From Eledone cirrhosa (taxonomy: Eukaryota): DNA of 64,000 nt. Each line of letters starts with the position of its first letter. Position 1 is the stretch's first letter. The stretch covers positions 27,280,001 to 27,344,000 of the forward strand of contig OZ024744.1 in assembly GCA_964016885.1 (NCBI GenBank), read 5' to 3'. Shown here piece by piece: positions 26,401 through 41,400 of this stretch. The notes under the pieces were generated by a model, which was not told the DNA's origin, made no database searches, and was given only the letters and a program-made list of their open reading frames with translations. Made by a program: the position numbers and the translations under genes.

Positions 26401-29400
26401 GCATCTCAGTGCATGTGGTGGTAAGAAGGGAAGGAACCTTAGGGCCAGGGACACCAGAAGTCTCCACTGTTACGGCTAGGCATCTCACTTCATGTGGTGG
26501 TAAGAAGGGAGGTAACCTTAGGGCCAAGGACACCAGAAGTCTCCACTGTTACGGCTAGGCATCTCACTGCATGTGGTGGTAAGAAGGGAGGTAACCTTAG
26601 GGCCTAGGACACCAGAAGTCTCCACTGTTACGGCTAGGCATGTCACTGCATGTGGTGGTAAGAAGGGAGGTAACCTTAGGGCCAAGGACACCAGAAGTCT
26701 CCACTGTTATGGCTAGGCATCTCACTGCATGTGGTGGTAAGAAGGGAGGTAACCTTAGGGCCAAGGACACCAGAAGTCTCCACTGCTACGGCTAGGCATC
26801 TCAGTGCATGTGGTGGTAAGAAGGGAGGTAACCTTAGGGCCAGGGACACCAGAAGTCTCCACTGTTACGGCTAGGCATCTCACTTCATGTGGTGGTAAGA
26901 AGGGAGGTAACCTTAGGGCCAAGGACACCAGAAGTCTCCACTGTTACGGCTAGGCATCTCATTGCATGTGGTGGTAAGAAGGGAGGTAACCTTAGGGCCA
27001 GGGACACCAGAAGACTCCACTGCTACGGCTAGGCATCTCAGTGCATGTGGTGGTAGGAAGGGAGGTAACCTTAGGGCCAAGGACACCAGAAGTCTCCACT
27101 GTTACGGCTAGGCATGTCAGTGCATGTGGTGGTAAGAAGGGAGGGAACCTTAGGGCCAGGGACACCAGAAGTCTCCACTGCTACGGCTAGGCATCTCAGT
27201 GCATGTGGTGGTAAGAAGGGAGGTAACCTTAGGGCCAGGGACACCAGAAGACTCCACTGCTACGGCTAGGCATCTCAGTGCATGTGGTGGTAAGAAGGGA
27301 GGTAACCTTAGGGCCTAGGACACCAGAAGTCTCCACTGTCACGGCTAGGCATGTCAGTGCATGTGGTGGTAAGAAGGGAGGGAACCTTAGGTCCAGGGAC
27401 ACCAGAAGTCTCCACTGCTACGGCTAGGCATCTCAGTGCATGTGGTGGTAAGAAGGGAGGTAACCTTAGGTCCAAGGACACCAGAAGTTTCCACTGCTAC
27501 TGCTAGGCATCTCAGTGCATGTGGTGGTAAGAAGGGAAGTAACCTTAGGGCCAGGGACACCAGAAGTCTCCACTGTTACGGCTAGGCATGTCAGTGCGTG
27601 TGGTGGTAAGGAGGGAGGTAACCTTAGGGCCAAGGACACCAGAAGTCTCCACTGTTACGGCTAGGCATGTCAGTGCATGTGGTGGAAAGAAGGGAGGTAA
27701 CCTTAGGGCAAGCGACACCAGAAGTGTCCACTGCTACGGCTAGGCATCTCAGTGCATGTGGTGGTAAGAAGGGAGGTAACCTTAGGGCCAGGGACACCAG
27801 AAGTCTCCAGTGTTACGTCTAGGCATCTCAGTGCATGTGGTGGTAAGAAGGGAGGTAACCTTAGGGCCAAGGACACCAGAAGTCTCCACTGCTACGGCTA
27901 GGCATCTCAGTGCATGTGGTGGTAAGAAGGGAAGGAACCTTAGGGCCAGGGACACCAGAAGTCTCCACTGTTACGGCTAGGCATCTCAGTGCATGTGGTG
28001 GTAAGAAGGGAGGGAACCTTAGGGCCAGGGACACCAGAAGTCTCCACTGATACGGCTAGGCATCTCAGTGCATGTGGTGGTAAGAAGGGAGGGAACCTTA
28101 GGTCCAGGGACACCAGAAGTCTCCACTGCTACGGCTAGGCATCTCAGTGCATGTGGTGGTAAGAAGGGAGGTAACCTTAGGTCCAGGGACACCAGAAGTT
28201 TCCACTGCTACGGCTAGGCATCTCAGTTCATGTGGTGGTAAGAAGGGAGGTAACCTTAGGGCCAAGGACACCAGAAGTCTCCACTGTTACGGCTAGGCAT
28301 CTCAGTGCATGTGGTGGTAAGAAGGGAGGTAACCTTAGGGTCAAGGACACCAGAAGTCTCCACTGCTACGGCTAGGCATCTCAGTGCATGTGGTGGTAAG
28401 AAGGCAGGTAACCTTAGGGCCAGGGAGAGCAGAAGTCTCCACTGCTACGGCTAGGCATCTCAGTGCATGTGGTGGTAAGAAGAGTGGTAACCTTAGGGCC
28501 AGGGACACCAGAAGTCTACACTGTTACGGCTAGGCATATCAGTGCATGTGGTGGTAAGAAGGGAGGTAACCTTTGAGCCAGGGACACCAGAAGACTCCAC
28601 TGTTACGGCTAGGCATGTCAGTGCATGTGGTGGAAAGAAGGGAGGTAACCTTAGGGCAAGCGACACCAGAAGTGTCCACTGCTACGGCTAGGCATCTCAG
28701 TGCATGTGGTGGTAAGAAGGGAGGTAACCTTAGGGCCAAGGACACCAGAAGTCTCCACTGCTACGGCTAGGCATCTCAGTGCATGTGGTGGTAAGAAGGG
28801 AAGGAACCTTAGGGCCAGGGACACCAGAAGTCTCCACTGTTACGGCTAGGCATCTCAGTGCATGTGGTGGTAAGAAGGGAGGGAACCTTAGGGCCAGGGA
28901 CACCAGAAGTCTCCACTGATACGGCTAGGCATCTCAGTGCATGTGGTGGTAAGAAGGGAGGGAACCTTAGGTCCAGGGACAACAGAAGTCTCCACTGCTA
29001 CGGCTAGGCATCTCAGTGCATGTGGTGGTAAGAAGGGAGTTAACCTTAGGGCCAAGGACACCAGAAGTCACCACTGCTACGACTAGGCATCTCAGTGCAT
29101 GTGGTGGTAAGAAGGGAGGTAACCTTAGGGCCAGGGACAGCAGAAGTCTCCACTGCTACGGCTAGGCATCTCAGTGCATGTGGTGGTAAGAAGGGAGGTA
29201 ACCTTAGGGCCAGGGACACCAGAAGTCTACAATGTTACGGCTAGGCATATCAGTGCATGTGGTGGTAAGAAGGGAGGTAACCTTAGGGCCACGGACACCA
29301 GAAGACTCCACTGTTACGGCTAGGCATCTCAGTGCATGTGGTGGTAAGAAGCGAGGTAACCTTAGAGCCAGGGACACCAGAAGTCTCCACTGTTACGGCT

Positions 29401-32400
29401 AGGCATCTCACTTCATGTGGTGGTAAGAAGGGAGGTAACCTTAGGGCCAAGGACACCAGAAGTCTCCACTGGTACGGCTAGGCATCTCAGTGCATGTGGT
29501 GGTAATAAGGGAGGTAACCTTAGGGCCAAGGACACCAGAAGTCACCACTGCTACGACTAGGCATCTCAGTGCATGTGGTGGTAAGAAGGGAGGTAACCTT
29601 AGGGCCAGGGACACCAGAAGACTCCACTGTTACGGCTAGGCATCTCAGTGCATGTGGTGGTAAAGAGGGAGGTAACCTTAGGGCCAGGGACACCAGACGT
29701 CTCCACTGCTACGGCTAGGCATCTCAGTGCATGTGGTGGTAAGAAGGGAGGTAACCATAGGGCCAGGGACACCAGAAGTTTCCACTGCTACGGCTAGGCA
29801 TCTCAGTGCATGTGGTGGTAAGAAGGGAGGTAAACTTAGGGCCAGGGACACCAGAAGTCTCCACTGTTACGGCTAGGCATGTCAGTGCATGTGGTGGTAA
29901 GAAGGGAGGTAACCTTCGGTCCAAGGACACCAGAAGTCTCCACTGTTACGGCTAGGCATCTCAGTGCATGTGGTGGTAAGAAGGGAGGTAACCTTAGGGC
30001 CAGGGACACCAGAAGACTCCACTGCTACGGCTAGGCATCTCAGTGCATGTGGTGGTAAGAAGGGAGGTAACCTTAGGGCCAAGGACACCAGAAGTCTCCA
30101 CTGTTACGGCTAGGCATGTCAGTGCATGTGGTGGTAAGAAGGGAGGGAACCTTAGGACCAGGGACACCAGAAGTCTCCACTGCTACGGCTAGGCATCTCA
30201 GTGCATGTGGTGGTAAGAAGGGAGGTAACCTTAGGTTCAGTGACACCAGAAGTTTCCACTGCTACGGCTAGGCATCTCAGTTCATGTGGTGGTAAGAAGC
30301 GAGGTAACCTTAGGGCCAAGGACACCATAAGTCTCCACTGTTACGGCTAGGCATCTCAGTGCATGTGGTGGTAAGAAGGGAGGTAACCTTAGGGCCAAGG
30401 ACACCAGAAGTCTCCACTGTTACGGCTAGGCATCTCAGTGCATGTGGTGGTAAGAAGGGAGGTAACCTTAGGGCCAGGGACACCAGAAGTCTCCACTGTT
30501 ACGGCTAGGCATCTCAGTGCATGTGGTGGTAAGGAGGGAGATAACCTTACGGCCAATGACACCAGAAGTCTCCACTGTTACGGCTAGGCATCTCAGTGCA
30601 TGTGGTGGTAAGAAGGGAGGTAACCTTAGGGCCAGGGACAGCAGAAGTCTCCACTGCTACGGCTAGGCATCTCAGTGCATGTGGTGGTAAGAAGGGAGGT
30701 AACCTTAGGGCCAGGGACACCAGAAGTCTACACTGTTACGGCTAGGCATATCAGTGCATGTGGTGGTAAGAAGGGAAGTAACCTTAGGGCCAGGGACACC
30801 AGAAGATTCCACTGTTACGGCTAGGCATCTCAGTGCATGTGGTGGTAAGAAGGGAGGTAACCTTAGGGCCAGGGACACCAGAAGTCTCCACTGTTACGGC
30901 TAGGCATCTCACTTCATGTGGTGGTAAGAAGGGAGGTAACCTTAGGGCCAAGGACACCAGAAGTCTCCACTGCTACGGCTAGGCATCTCAGTGCATGTGG
31001 TGGTAAGAAGGGAGGTAACCTTAGGGCCAAGGACACCAGAAGTCACCACTGCTACGACTAGGCATCTCAGTGCATGTGGTGGTAAGAAGGGAGGTAAACT
31101 TAGGGCCAGGGACACCAGAAGACTCCACTGTTACGGCTAGGCATCTCAGTGCATGTGGTGGTAAAGAGGGAGGTAACCTTAGGGCCAGGGACACCAGACG
31201 TCTCCACTGCTACGGCTAGGCATCTCAGTGCATGTGGTGGTAAGAAGGGAGGTAACCTTAGGGCCAGGGACACCAGTAGTTTCCACTGCTACGGCTAGGC
31301 ATCTCAGTGCATATGGTGGTAAGAAGGGAGGTAAAATAGGGCCAGGGACACCAGAAGTCTCCACTGTTACGGCTAGGCATCTCAGTGCATGTGGTGGTAA
31401 GAAGGGAGGTAACCTTAGGGCCAGGGACAGCAGAAGTGTCCACTGCTACGGCTAGGCATCTCAGTGCATGTGGTGGTAAGAAGGGAGGTATCCTTAGGGC
31501 CAAGGACACCAGAAGTCTCCACTGCTACGGCTAGGCATCTCAGTGCATGTGGTGGTAAGAAGGGAAGGAACCTTAGGGCCAGGGACACCAGAAGTCTCCA
31601 CTGTTACGGCTAGGCATCTCAGTGCATGTGGTGGTAAGAAGGGAGGGAACCTTAGGGCCAGGGACACCAGAAGTCTCCACTGATACGGCTAGGCATCTCA
31701 GTGCATGTGGTGGTAAGAAGGGAGGGAACCTTAGGTCCAGGGACACCAGAAGTCTCCACTGCTACGGCTAGGCATCTCAGTGCATGTGGTGGTAAGAAGG
31801 GAGTTAACCTTAGGGCCAAGGACACCAGAAGTCACCACTGCTACGACTAGGCATCTCAGTGCATGTGGTGGTAAGAAGGGAGGTAACCTTAGGGCCAGGG
31901 ACAGCAGAAGTCTCCACTGCTACGGCTAGGCATCTCAGTGCATGTGGTGGTAAGAAGGGAGGTAACCTTAGGGCCAGGGACACCAGAAGTCTACAATGTT
32001 ACGGCTAGGCATATCAGTGCATGTGGTGGTAAGAAGGGAGGTAACCTTAGGGCCACGGACACCAGAAGACTCCACTGTTACGGCTAGGCATCTCAGTGCA
32101 TGTGGTGGTAAGAAGCGAGGTAACCTTAGAGCCAGGGACACCAGAAGTCTCCACTGTTACGGCTAGGCATCTCACTTCATGTGGTGGTAAGAAGGGAGGT
32201 AACCTTAGGGCCAAGGACACCAGAAGTCTCCACTGGTACGGCTAGGCATCTCAGTGCATGTGGTGGTAATAAGGGAGGTAACCTTAGGGCCAAGGACACC
32301 AGAAGTCACCACTGCTACGACTAGGCATCTCAGTGCATGTGGTGGTAAGAAGGGAGGTAACCTTAGGGCCAGGGACACCAGAAGACTCCACTGTTACGGC

Positions 32401-35400
32401 TAGGCATCTCAGTGCATGTGGTGGTAAAGAGGGAGGTAACCTTAGGGCCAGGGACACCAGACGTCTCCACTGCTACGGCTAGGCATCTCAGTGCATGTGG
32501 TGGTAAGAAGGGAGGTAACCATAGGGCCAGGGACACCAGAAGTTTCCACTGCTACGGCTAGGCATCTCAGTGCATGTGGTGGTAAGAAGGGAGGTAAACT
32601 TAGGGCCAGGGACACCAGAAGTCTCCACTGTTACGGCTAGGCATGTCAGTGCATGTGGTGGTAAGAAGGGAGGTAACCTTCGGTCCAAGGACACCAGAAG
32701 TCTCCACTGTTACGGCTAGGCATCTCAGTGCATGTGGTGGTAAGAAGGGAGGTAACCTTAGGGCCAGGGACACCAGAAGACTCCACTGCTACGGCTAGGC
32801 ATCTCAGTGCATGTGGTGGTAAGAAGGGAGGTAACCTTAGGGCCAAGGACACCAGAAGTCTCCACTGTTACGGCTAGGCATGTCAGTGCATGTGGTGGTA
32901 AGAAGGGAGGGAACCTTAGGACCAGGGACACCAGAAGTCTCCACTGCTACGGCTAGGCATCTCAGTGCATGTGGTGGTAAGAAGGGAGGTAACCTTAGGT
33001 TCAGTGACACCAGAAGTTTCCACTGCTACGGCTAGGCATCTCAGTTCATGTGGTGGTAAGAAGCGAGGTAACCTTAGGGCCAAGGACACCATAAGTCTCC
33101 ACTGTTACGGCTAGGCATCTCAGTGCATGTGGTGGTAAGAAGGGAGGTAACCTTAGGGCCAAGGACACCAGAAGTGTCCACTGTTACGGCTAGGCATCTC
33201 AGTGCATGTGGTGGTAAGAAGGGAGGTAACCTTAGGGCCAGGGACACCAGAAGTCTCCACTGTTACGGCTAGGCATCTCAGTGCATGTGGTGGTAAGGAG
33301 GGAGATAACCTTACGGCCAATGACACCAGAAGTCTCCACTGTTACGGCTAGGCATCTCAGTGCATGTGGTGGTAAGAAGGGAGGTAACCTTAGGGCCAGG
33401 GACAGCAGAAGTCTCCACTGCTACGGCTAGGCATCTCAGTGCATGTGGTGGTAAGAAGGGAGGTAACCTTAGGGCCAGGGACACCAGAAGTCTACACTGT
33501 TACGGCTAGGCATATCAGTGCATGTGGTGGTAAGAAGGGAAGTAACCTTAGGGCCAGGGACACCAGAAGATTCCACTGTTACGGCTAGGCATCTCAGTGC
33601 ATGTGGTGGTAAGAAGGGAGGTAACCTTAGGGCCAGGGACACCAGAAGTCTCCACTGTTACGGCTAGGCATCTCACTTCATGTGGTGGTAAGAAGGGAGG
33701 TAACCTTAGGGCCAAGGACACCAGAAGTCTCCACTGCTACGGCTAGGCATCTCAGTGCATGTGGTGGTAAGAAGGGAGGTAACCTTAGGGCCAAGGACAC
33801 CAGAAGTCACCACTGCTACGACTAGGCATCTCAGTGCATGTGGTGGTAAGAAGGGAGGTAAACTTAGGGCCAGGGACACCAGAAGACTCCACTGTTACGG
33901 CTAGGCATCTCAGTGCATGTGGTGGTAAAGAGGGAGGTAACCTTAGGGCCAGGGACACCAGACGTCTCCACTGCTACGGCTAGGCATCTCAGTGCATGTG
34001 GTGGTAAGAAGGGAGGTAACCTTAGGGCCAGGGACACCAGTAGTTTCCACTGCTACGGCTAGGCATCTCAGTGCATATGGTGGTAAGAAGGGAGGTAAAA
34101 TAGGGCCAGGGACACCAGAAGTCTCCACTGTTACGGCTAGGCATGTCAGTGCATGTGGTGGTAAGAAGGGAGGTAACCTTAGGTCCAAGGACACCAGAAG
34201 TCTCCACTGTTACGGCTAGGCATCTCAGTGTATGTGGTGGTAAGAAGGGAGGTAACCTTAGGGCCAAGGACACCAGAAGACTCCACTGCTACGGCTAGGC
34301 ATCTCAGTGCATGTGGTGGTAAGAAGGGAGGTAACCTTAGGGCCAAGAACACCAGAAGTCTCCACTGTTACGGCTAGGCATGTCAGTGCATGTGGTGGTA
34401 AGAAGGGAGGGAACCTTAGGTCCAGGGACACCAGAAGTCTCCACTGCTACGGCTAGGCATCTCAGTGCATGTGGTGGTAAGAAGGGAGGTAACCTTAGGT
34501 CCAGGGACACCAGAAGTTTCCACTGCTACGGCTAGGCATCTCAGTTCATGTGGTGGTAAGAAGGGAGGTAACCTTAGGGCCAAGGACACCAGAATTCTCC
34601 ACTGTTACGGCTAGGCATCTCAGTGCATGTGGTGGTAAAAAGGGAGGTAACCTTAGGGCCAAGGACACCAGAAGTCTCCACTGTTACGGCTAAGCATCTC
34701 AGTGCATGTGGTGGTAAGAAGGGAGGTAACCTTAGGGCCAGGGACACCAGAAGTCTCCACTGCTACGGCTAGGCATGTCAGTGCATGTGGTGGTAAGAAG
34801 GAAGTAACCTTAGGGCCAGGGACACCAGAAGTCTCCACTGTTACGGCTAGGCATCTCAGTGCATGTGGTGGTAAGGAGGGAGGTAACCTTAGGGCCAGGC
34901 ACACCAGAAGTCTCCACTGTTACGGCTAGGCATTTCAGTGCATGTGGTGGTAAGAAGGGAAGTAACCTTAGGGCCAGGGACACCAGAAGTCTCCACTGTT
35001 ACGGCTAGGCATCTCAGTGCATGTGGTGGTAAGAAGGGAGGTAACCTTAGGGCCAAGGACACCAGAAGTCTCCACTGTTACGGCTAGGCATCTCAGTGCA
35101 TGTGGTGGTAAGAAGGGAGGTAACCTTAGGGCCAGGGACACCAGAAGACTCCACTGCTACGGCTAGGCATCTCAGTGCATGTGGTGGTAAGAAGGGAGGT
35201 AACCTTAGGGCCAAGGACACCAGAAGTCTCCACTGTTACGGCTAGGCATGTCAGTGCATGTGGTGGTAAGAAGGGAGGGAACCTTAGGGCCAGGGACACC
35301 AGAAGTCTCCACTGTTACGGCTAGGCATCTCAGTGCATGTGGTGGTAAGGAGGGAGGTAACCTTAGGGCCAGGCACACCAGAAGTCTCCACTGTTACGGC

Positions 35401-38400
35401 TAGGCATCTCAGTGCATGTGGTGGTAAGAAGGGAGGTAACCTTAGGGCCAAGGACACCAGAAGCCTCCACTGTTACGGCTAGGCATTTCAGTGCATGTGG
35501 TGGTAAGAAGGGAAGTAACCTTAGGGCCAGGGACACCAGAAGTCTCCACTGTTACGGCTAGGCATGTCAGTGCGTGTGGTGGTAAGGAGGGAGGTAACCT
35601 TAGGGCCAAGGACACCAGAAGTCTCCACTGTTACGGCTAGGCATGTCAGTGCATGTGGTGGAAAGAAGGGAGGTAACCTTAGGGCAAGCGACACCAGAAG
35701 TGTCCACTGCTACGGCTAGGCATCTCAGTGCATGTGGTGGTAAGAAGGGAGGTAACCTTAGGGCCAGGGACACCAGAAGTCTCCAGTGTTACGTCTAGGC
35801 ATCTCAGTGCATGTGGTGGTAAGAAGGGAGGTAACCTTAGGGCCAAGGACACCAGAAGTCTCCACTGCTACGGCTAGGCATCTCAGTGCATGTGGTGGTA
35901 AGAAGGGAAGGAACCTTAGGGCCAGGGACACCAGAAGTCTCCACTGTTACGGCTAGGCATCTCAGTGCATGTGGTGGTAAGAAGGGAGGGAACCTTAGGG
36001 CCAGGGACACCAGAAGTCTCCACTGATACGGCTAGGCATCTCAGTGCATGTGGTGGTAAGAAGGGAGGGAACCTTAGGTCCAGGGACACCAGAAGTCTCC
36101 ACTGCTACGGCTAGGCATCTCAGTGCATGTGGTGGTAAGAAGGGAGGTAACCTTAGGTCCAGGGACACCAGAAGTTTCCACTGCTACGGCTAGGCATCTC
36201 AGTTCATGTGGTGGTAAGAAGGGAGGTAACCTTAGGGCCAAGGACACCAGAAGTCTCCACTGTTACGGCTAGGCATCTCAGTGCATGTGGTGGTAAGAAG
36301 GGAGGTAACCTTAGGGTCAAGGACACCAGAAGTCTCCACTGCTACGGCTAGGCATCTCAGTGCATGTGGTGGTAAGAAGGCAGGTAACCTTAGGGCCAGG
36401 GAGAGCAGAAGTCTCCACTGCTACGGCTAGGCATCTCAGTGCATGTGGTGGTAAGAAGGGTGGTAACCTTAGGGCCAGGGACACCAGAAGTCTACACTGT
36501 TACGGCTAGGCATATCAGTGCATGTGGTGGTAAGAAGGGAGGTAACCTTTGAGCCAGGGACACCAGAAGACTCCACTGTTACGGCTAGGCATCTCAGTGC
36601 ATGTGGTGGTAAGAAGGGAGGTAACCTTAGGGCCAGGGACACCAGAAGTCTCCACTGTTACGGCTATGCATCTCAGTGCATGTGGTGGTAAGGAGGGAGA
36701 TAACCTTAGGGCCAAGGACACCAGAAGTCTCCACTGTTACGGCTAGGCATCTCAGTGCATGTGGTGGTAAGAAGGGAGGTAACCTTAGGGCCAGGGACAC
36801 CAGAAGTCTCCACTGCTACGGCTAGGCATCTCAGTGCATGTGGTGGTAAGACGGGAGGTAACCTTAGGTCCAGGGACACCAGAAGTCTCCACTGCTACGG
36901 CTAGGCATCTCAGTGCATGTGGTGGTAAGAAGGGAGGTAACCTTAGGGCCAGGGACACCAGAAGACTCCACTGTTACGGCTAGGCATCTCAGTGCATGTG
37001 GTGGTAAAGAGGGAGGTAACCTTAGGGCCAGGGACACCAGACGTCTCCACTGCTACGGCTAGGCATCTCAGTTCATATGGTGGTAAGAAGGGAGGTAACC
37101 TTAGGGCCAAGGACACCAGAAGTCTCCACTGTTACGGCTAGGCATCTCAGTGCATGTGGTGGTTAGAAGGGAGGTAACCTTAGGGCCAAGGACACCAGAA
37201 GTCTCCACTGCTACGGCTAGGCATCTCAGTGCATGTGGTGGTAAGAAGGGAGGTAACCTTAGGGCCAGGGACACCAGAAGACTCCACTGCTACGGCTAGG
37301 CATCTCAGTGCATGTGGTGGTAAGAAGGGAGGTAACCTTAGGGCCAGGGACACCAGAAGTCTACACTGTTACGGCTAGGCATATCAGTGTATGTGGTGGT
37401 AAGAAGGGAGGTAACCTTTGAGCCAGGGACACCAGAAGACTCCACTGTTACGGCTAGGCATCTCAGTATATGTGGTGGTAAGAAGGGAGGTAACCTTAGG
37501 GCCAGGGACACCAGAAGTCTCCACTGTTACGGCTAGGCATCTCACTTCATGTGGTGGTAAGAAGGGAGGTAACCTTAGGGCCAAGGACACCAGAAGTATC
37601 CACTGCTACGGCTAGGCATCTCAGAGCATGTGGTGGTAAGAAGGGAGGTAACCTTAGGGCCAAGGACACCAGAAGACTTCACTGTTACGGCTAGGCATCT
37701 CAGTGCATGTGGTGGTAAAGAGGGAGGTAACCTTAGTGCCAGGGACACCAGACGTCTCCACTGCTACGGCTAAGCATCTCAGTGCATGTGGTGGTAAGAA
37801 GGGAGGTAACCTTAGGGCCAGGGACACCAGAAGTCCCCACTGCTACGGCTAGGCATCTCAGTGCATGTGGTGGTAAGAAGGGAGGTAACATTAGGGCCAG
37901 GGACACCAGAAGTCTCCACTGCTACGGCTAGGCATCTCAGTGCATGTGGTGGTAAGAAGGGAGGTAACCTTAGGTCCAGGGACACCAGAAGTCTCGACTG
38001 CTACAGCTAGGCATCTCAGTTCATATGGTGGTAAGAAGGGAGGTAACCTTAGTGTCAAGGACACCAGAAGTCTCCACTGTTACGGCTAGGCATCTCACTT
38101 CATGTGGTGGTAAGAAGGGAGGTAACCTTAGGGCCAAGGACACCAGAAGTATCCACTGCTACGGCTAGGCATCTCAGTGCATGTGGTGGTAAGAAGGGAG
38201 GTAATCTTAGGGCCAAGGACACCAGAAGTCTCCACTGCTACGGCTAGGCATCTCAGTGCATGTGGTGGTAAGAAGGGAGGTAACCTTAGGGCCAGGGACA
38301 CCAGAAGACTCCACTGTTACGGCTAGGCATCTCAGTGCATGTGGTGGTAAAGAGGGAGGTAACCTTAGGGCCAGGGACACCAGACGTCTCCACTGCTACG

Positions 38401-41400
38401 GCTAGGCATCTCAGTGCATGTGGTGGTAAGAAGGGAGGTAACCTTAGGGCCAGGGACACCAGAAGTCTCCACTGCTACGGCTAGGCATCTCAGTGCATGT
38501 GGTGGTAAGAAGGGAGGTAAACTTAGGGCCAGGGACACCAGAAGTCTCCACTGTTACGGCTAGGCATGTCAGTGCATGTGGTGGTAAGAAGGGAGGTAAC
38601 CTTAGGTCCAAGGACCCCAGAAGTCTCCACTGTTACGGCTAGGCATCTCAGTGCATGTGGTGGTAAGAAGGGAGGTAACCTTAGGGCCAGGGACACCAGA
38701 AGTCTCCACTGTTACGGCTAGGCATCTCAGTGCATGTGGTGGTAAGGAGGGAGATAACCTTAGGGCCAAGGACACCAGAAGTCTCCACTGTTACGGCTAG
38801 GCATCTCAGTGCATGTGGTGGTAAGAAGGGAGGTAACATTAGGGCCAGGGACACCAGAAGTCTCCACTGCTACGGCTAGGCATCTCAGTGCATGTGGTGG
38901 TAAGAAGGAAGTAACCTTAGGGCCAGGGACACCAGAAGTCTCCACTGCTACGACTAGGCATCTCAGTGCATGTGGTGGTAAGAAGGGAGGTAACCTTAGG
39001 TCCAGGGACACCAGAAGTCTCCACTGCTACGGCTAGGCATCTCAGTTCATAAGGTGGTAAGAAGGGAGGTAAACTTAGGGCCAGGGACACCAGAAGTCTC
39101 CACTGTTACGGCTAGGCATGTCAGTGCATGTGGTGGTAAGAAGGGAGGTAACCTTAGGTCCAAAGACAACAGAAGTCTCCACTGTTACGGCTAGGCATCT
39201 CATGCATGTGGTGGTAAGAAGGGAGGTAACCTTAGGGCCAGGGACACCAGAAGACTCCACTGCTACGGCTAGGCATCTCAGTGCATGTTGTGGTAAGAAG
39301 GGAGGTAACCTTAGGTCCAAGGACACCAGAAGTCTCCACTGTTACGGCTAGGCATGTCAGTGCATGTGGTGGTAAGAAGGGAGGGAACCTTAGGTCCAGG
39401 GACACCAGAAGTCTCCACTGCTACGGCTAGGCATCTCAGTGTATGTGGTGGTAAGAAGGGAGGTAACCTTAGGTCCAGGGACACCAGAAGTTTCCACTGC
39501 TACGGCTAGGCATCTCAGTTCATGTGGTGGTAAGGAGGGAGGTAACCTTAGGGCCAAGTACACCAGAAGTCTCCACTGTTACGGCTAGGCATCTCAGTGC
39601 ATGTGGTGGTAAGAAGGCAGGTAACCTTAGGGCCAGGGACACCAGAAGTCTCCACTGTTACGGCTAGGCATCTCACTTCATGTGGTGGTAAGAAGGGAGG
39701 TAACCTTAGGGCCAAGGACACCAGAAGTCTCCACTGTTACGGCTAGGCATCTCATTGCATGTGGTGGTAAGAAGGGAGGTAACCTTAGGGCCAGGGACAC
39801 CAGAAGACTCCACTGCTACGGCTAGGCATCTCAGTGCATGTGGTGGTAGGAAGGGAGGTAACCTTAGGGCCAAGGACACCAGAAGTCTCCACTGTTACGG
39901 CTAGGCATGTCAGTGCATGTGGTGGTAAGAAGGGAGGGAACCTTAGGGCCAGGGACACCAGAAGTCTCCACTGCTACGGCTAGGCATCTCAGTGCATGTG
40001 GTGGTAAGAAGGGAGGTAACCTTAGGGCCAGGGACACCAGAAGACTCCACCGCTACGGCTAGGCATCTCAGTGCATGTGGTGGTAAGAAGGGAGGTAACC
40101 TTAGGGCCTAGGACACCAGAAGTCTCCACTGTCACGGCTAGGCATGTCAGTGCATGTGGTGGTAAGAAGGGAGGGAACCTTAGGTCCAGGGACACCAGAA
40201 GTCTCCACTGCTACGGCTAGGCATCTCAGTGCATGTGGTGGTAAGAAGGGAGGTAACCTTAGGTCCAAGGACACCAGAAGTTTCCACTGCTACTGCTAGG
40301 CATCTCAGTTCATGTGGTGGTAAGAAGGGAGGTAACCTTAGGGCCATGGACACCAGAAGTCTCCACTGTTACGGCTAGGCATCTCAGTGCATGTGGTGGT
40401 AAGAAGGGAGGTAACCTTAGGGTCAAGGACACCAGAAGTCTCCACTGTTACGGCTAGGCATCTCACTTCATGTGGTGGTAAGAAGGGAGGTAACCTTAGG
40501 GCCAAGGACACCAGAAGCATCCACTGCTACGGCTAGGCATCTCAGTGCATGTGGTGGTAAAAAGGGAGGTAACCTTAGGGCCAAGGACACCAGAAGTCTC
40601 CACTGCTACGGCTAGACATCTCAGTGCATGTGGTGGTAAGAAGGGAGGTAACCTTAGGGCCAGGGACACCAGAAGACTCCACTGTTACGGCTAGGCATCT
40701 CAGTGCATGTGGTGGTAAAGAGGGAGGTAACCTTAGGGCCAGGGACACCAGACGTCTCCACTGCTACGGCTAGGCATCTCAGTGCATGTGGTGGTAAGAA
40801 GGGAGGTAACCTTAGGGCCAGGGACACCAAAAGTCTCCACTGCTACGGCTAGGCATCTCAGTGCATGTGGTGGTAAGAAGGGAGGTAAACTTAGGGCCAG
40901 GGACACCAGAAGTCTCCACTGTTACGGCTAGGCATGTCAGTGCATGTGGTGGTAAGAAGGGAGGTAACCTTAGGTCCAAGGACCCCAGAAGTCTCCACTG
41001 TTACGGCTAGGCATCTCAGTGCATGTGGTGGTAAGAAGGGAGGTAACCTTAGGGCCAGGGACACCAGAAGACTCCACTGCTACGGCTAGGCATCTCAGTG
41101 CATGTGGTGGTAAGAAGGGAGGTAACCTTAGGGCCAGGGACACCAGAAGTCTCCACTGTTACGGCTAGGCATCTCAGTGCATGTGGTGGTAAGGAGGGAG
41201 ATAACCTTAGGGCCAAGGACACCAGAAGTCTCCACTGTTACGGCTAGGCATCTCAGTGCATGTGGTGGTAAGAAGGGAGGTAACATTAGAGCCAGGGACA
41301 CCAGAAGTATCCACTGCTACGGCTAGGCATCTCAGTGCATGTGGTGGTAAGAAGTAAGTAACCTTAGGGCCAGGGACACCAGAAGTCTCCACTGCTACGG

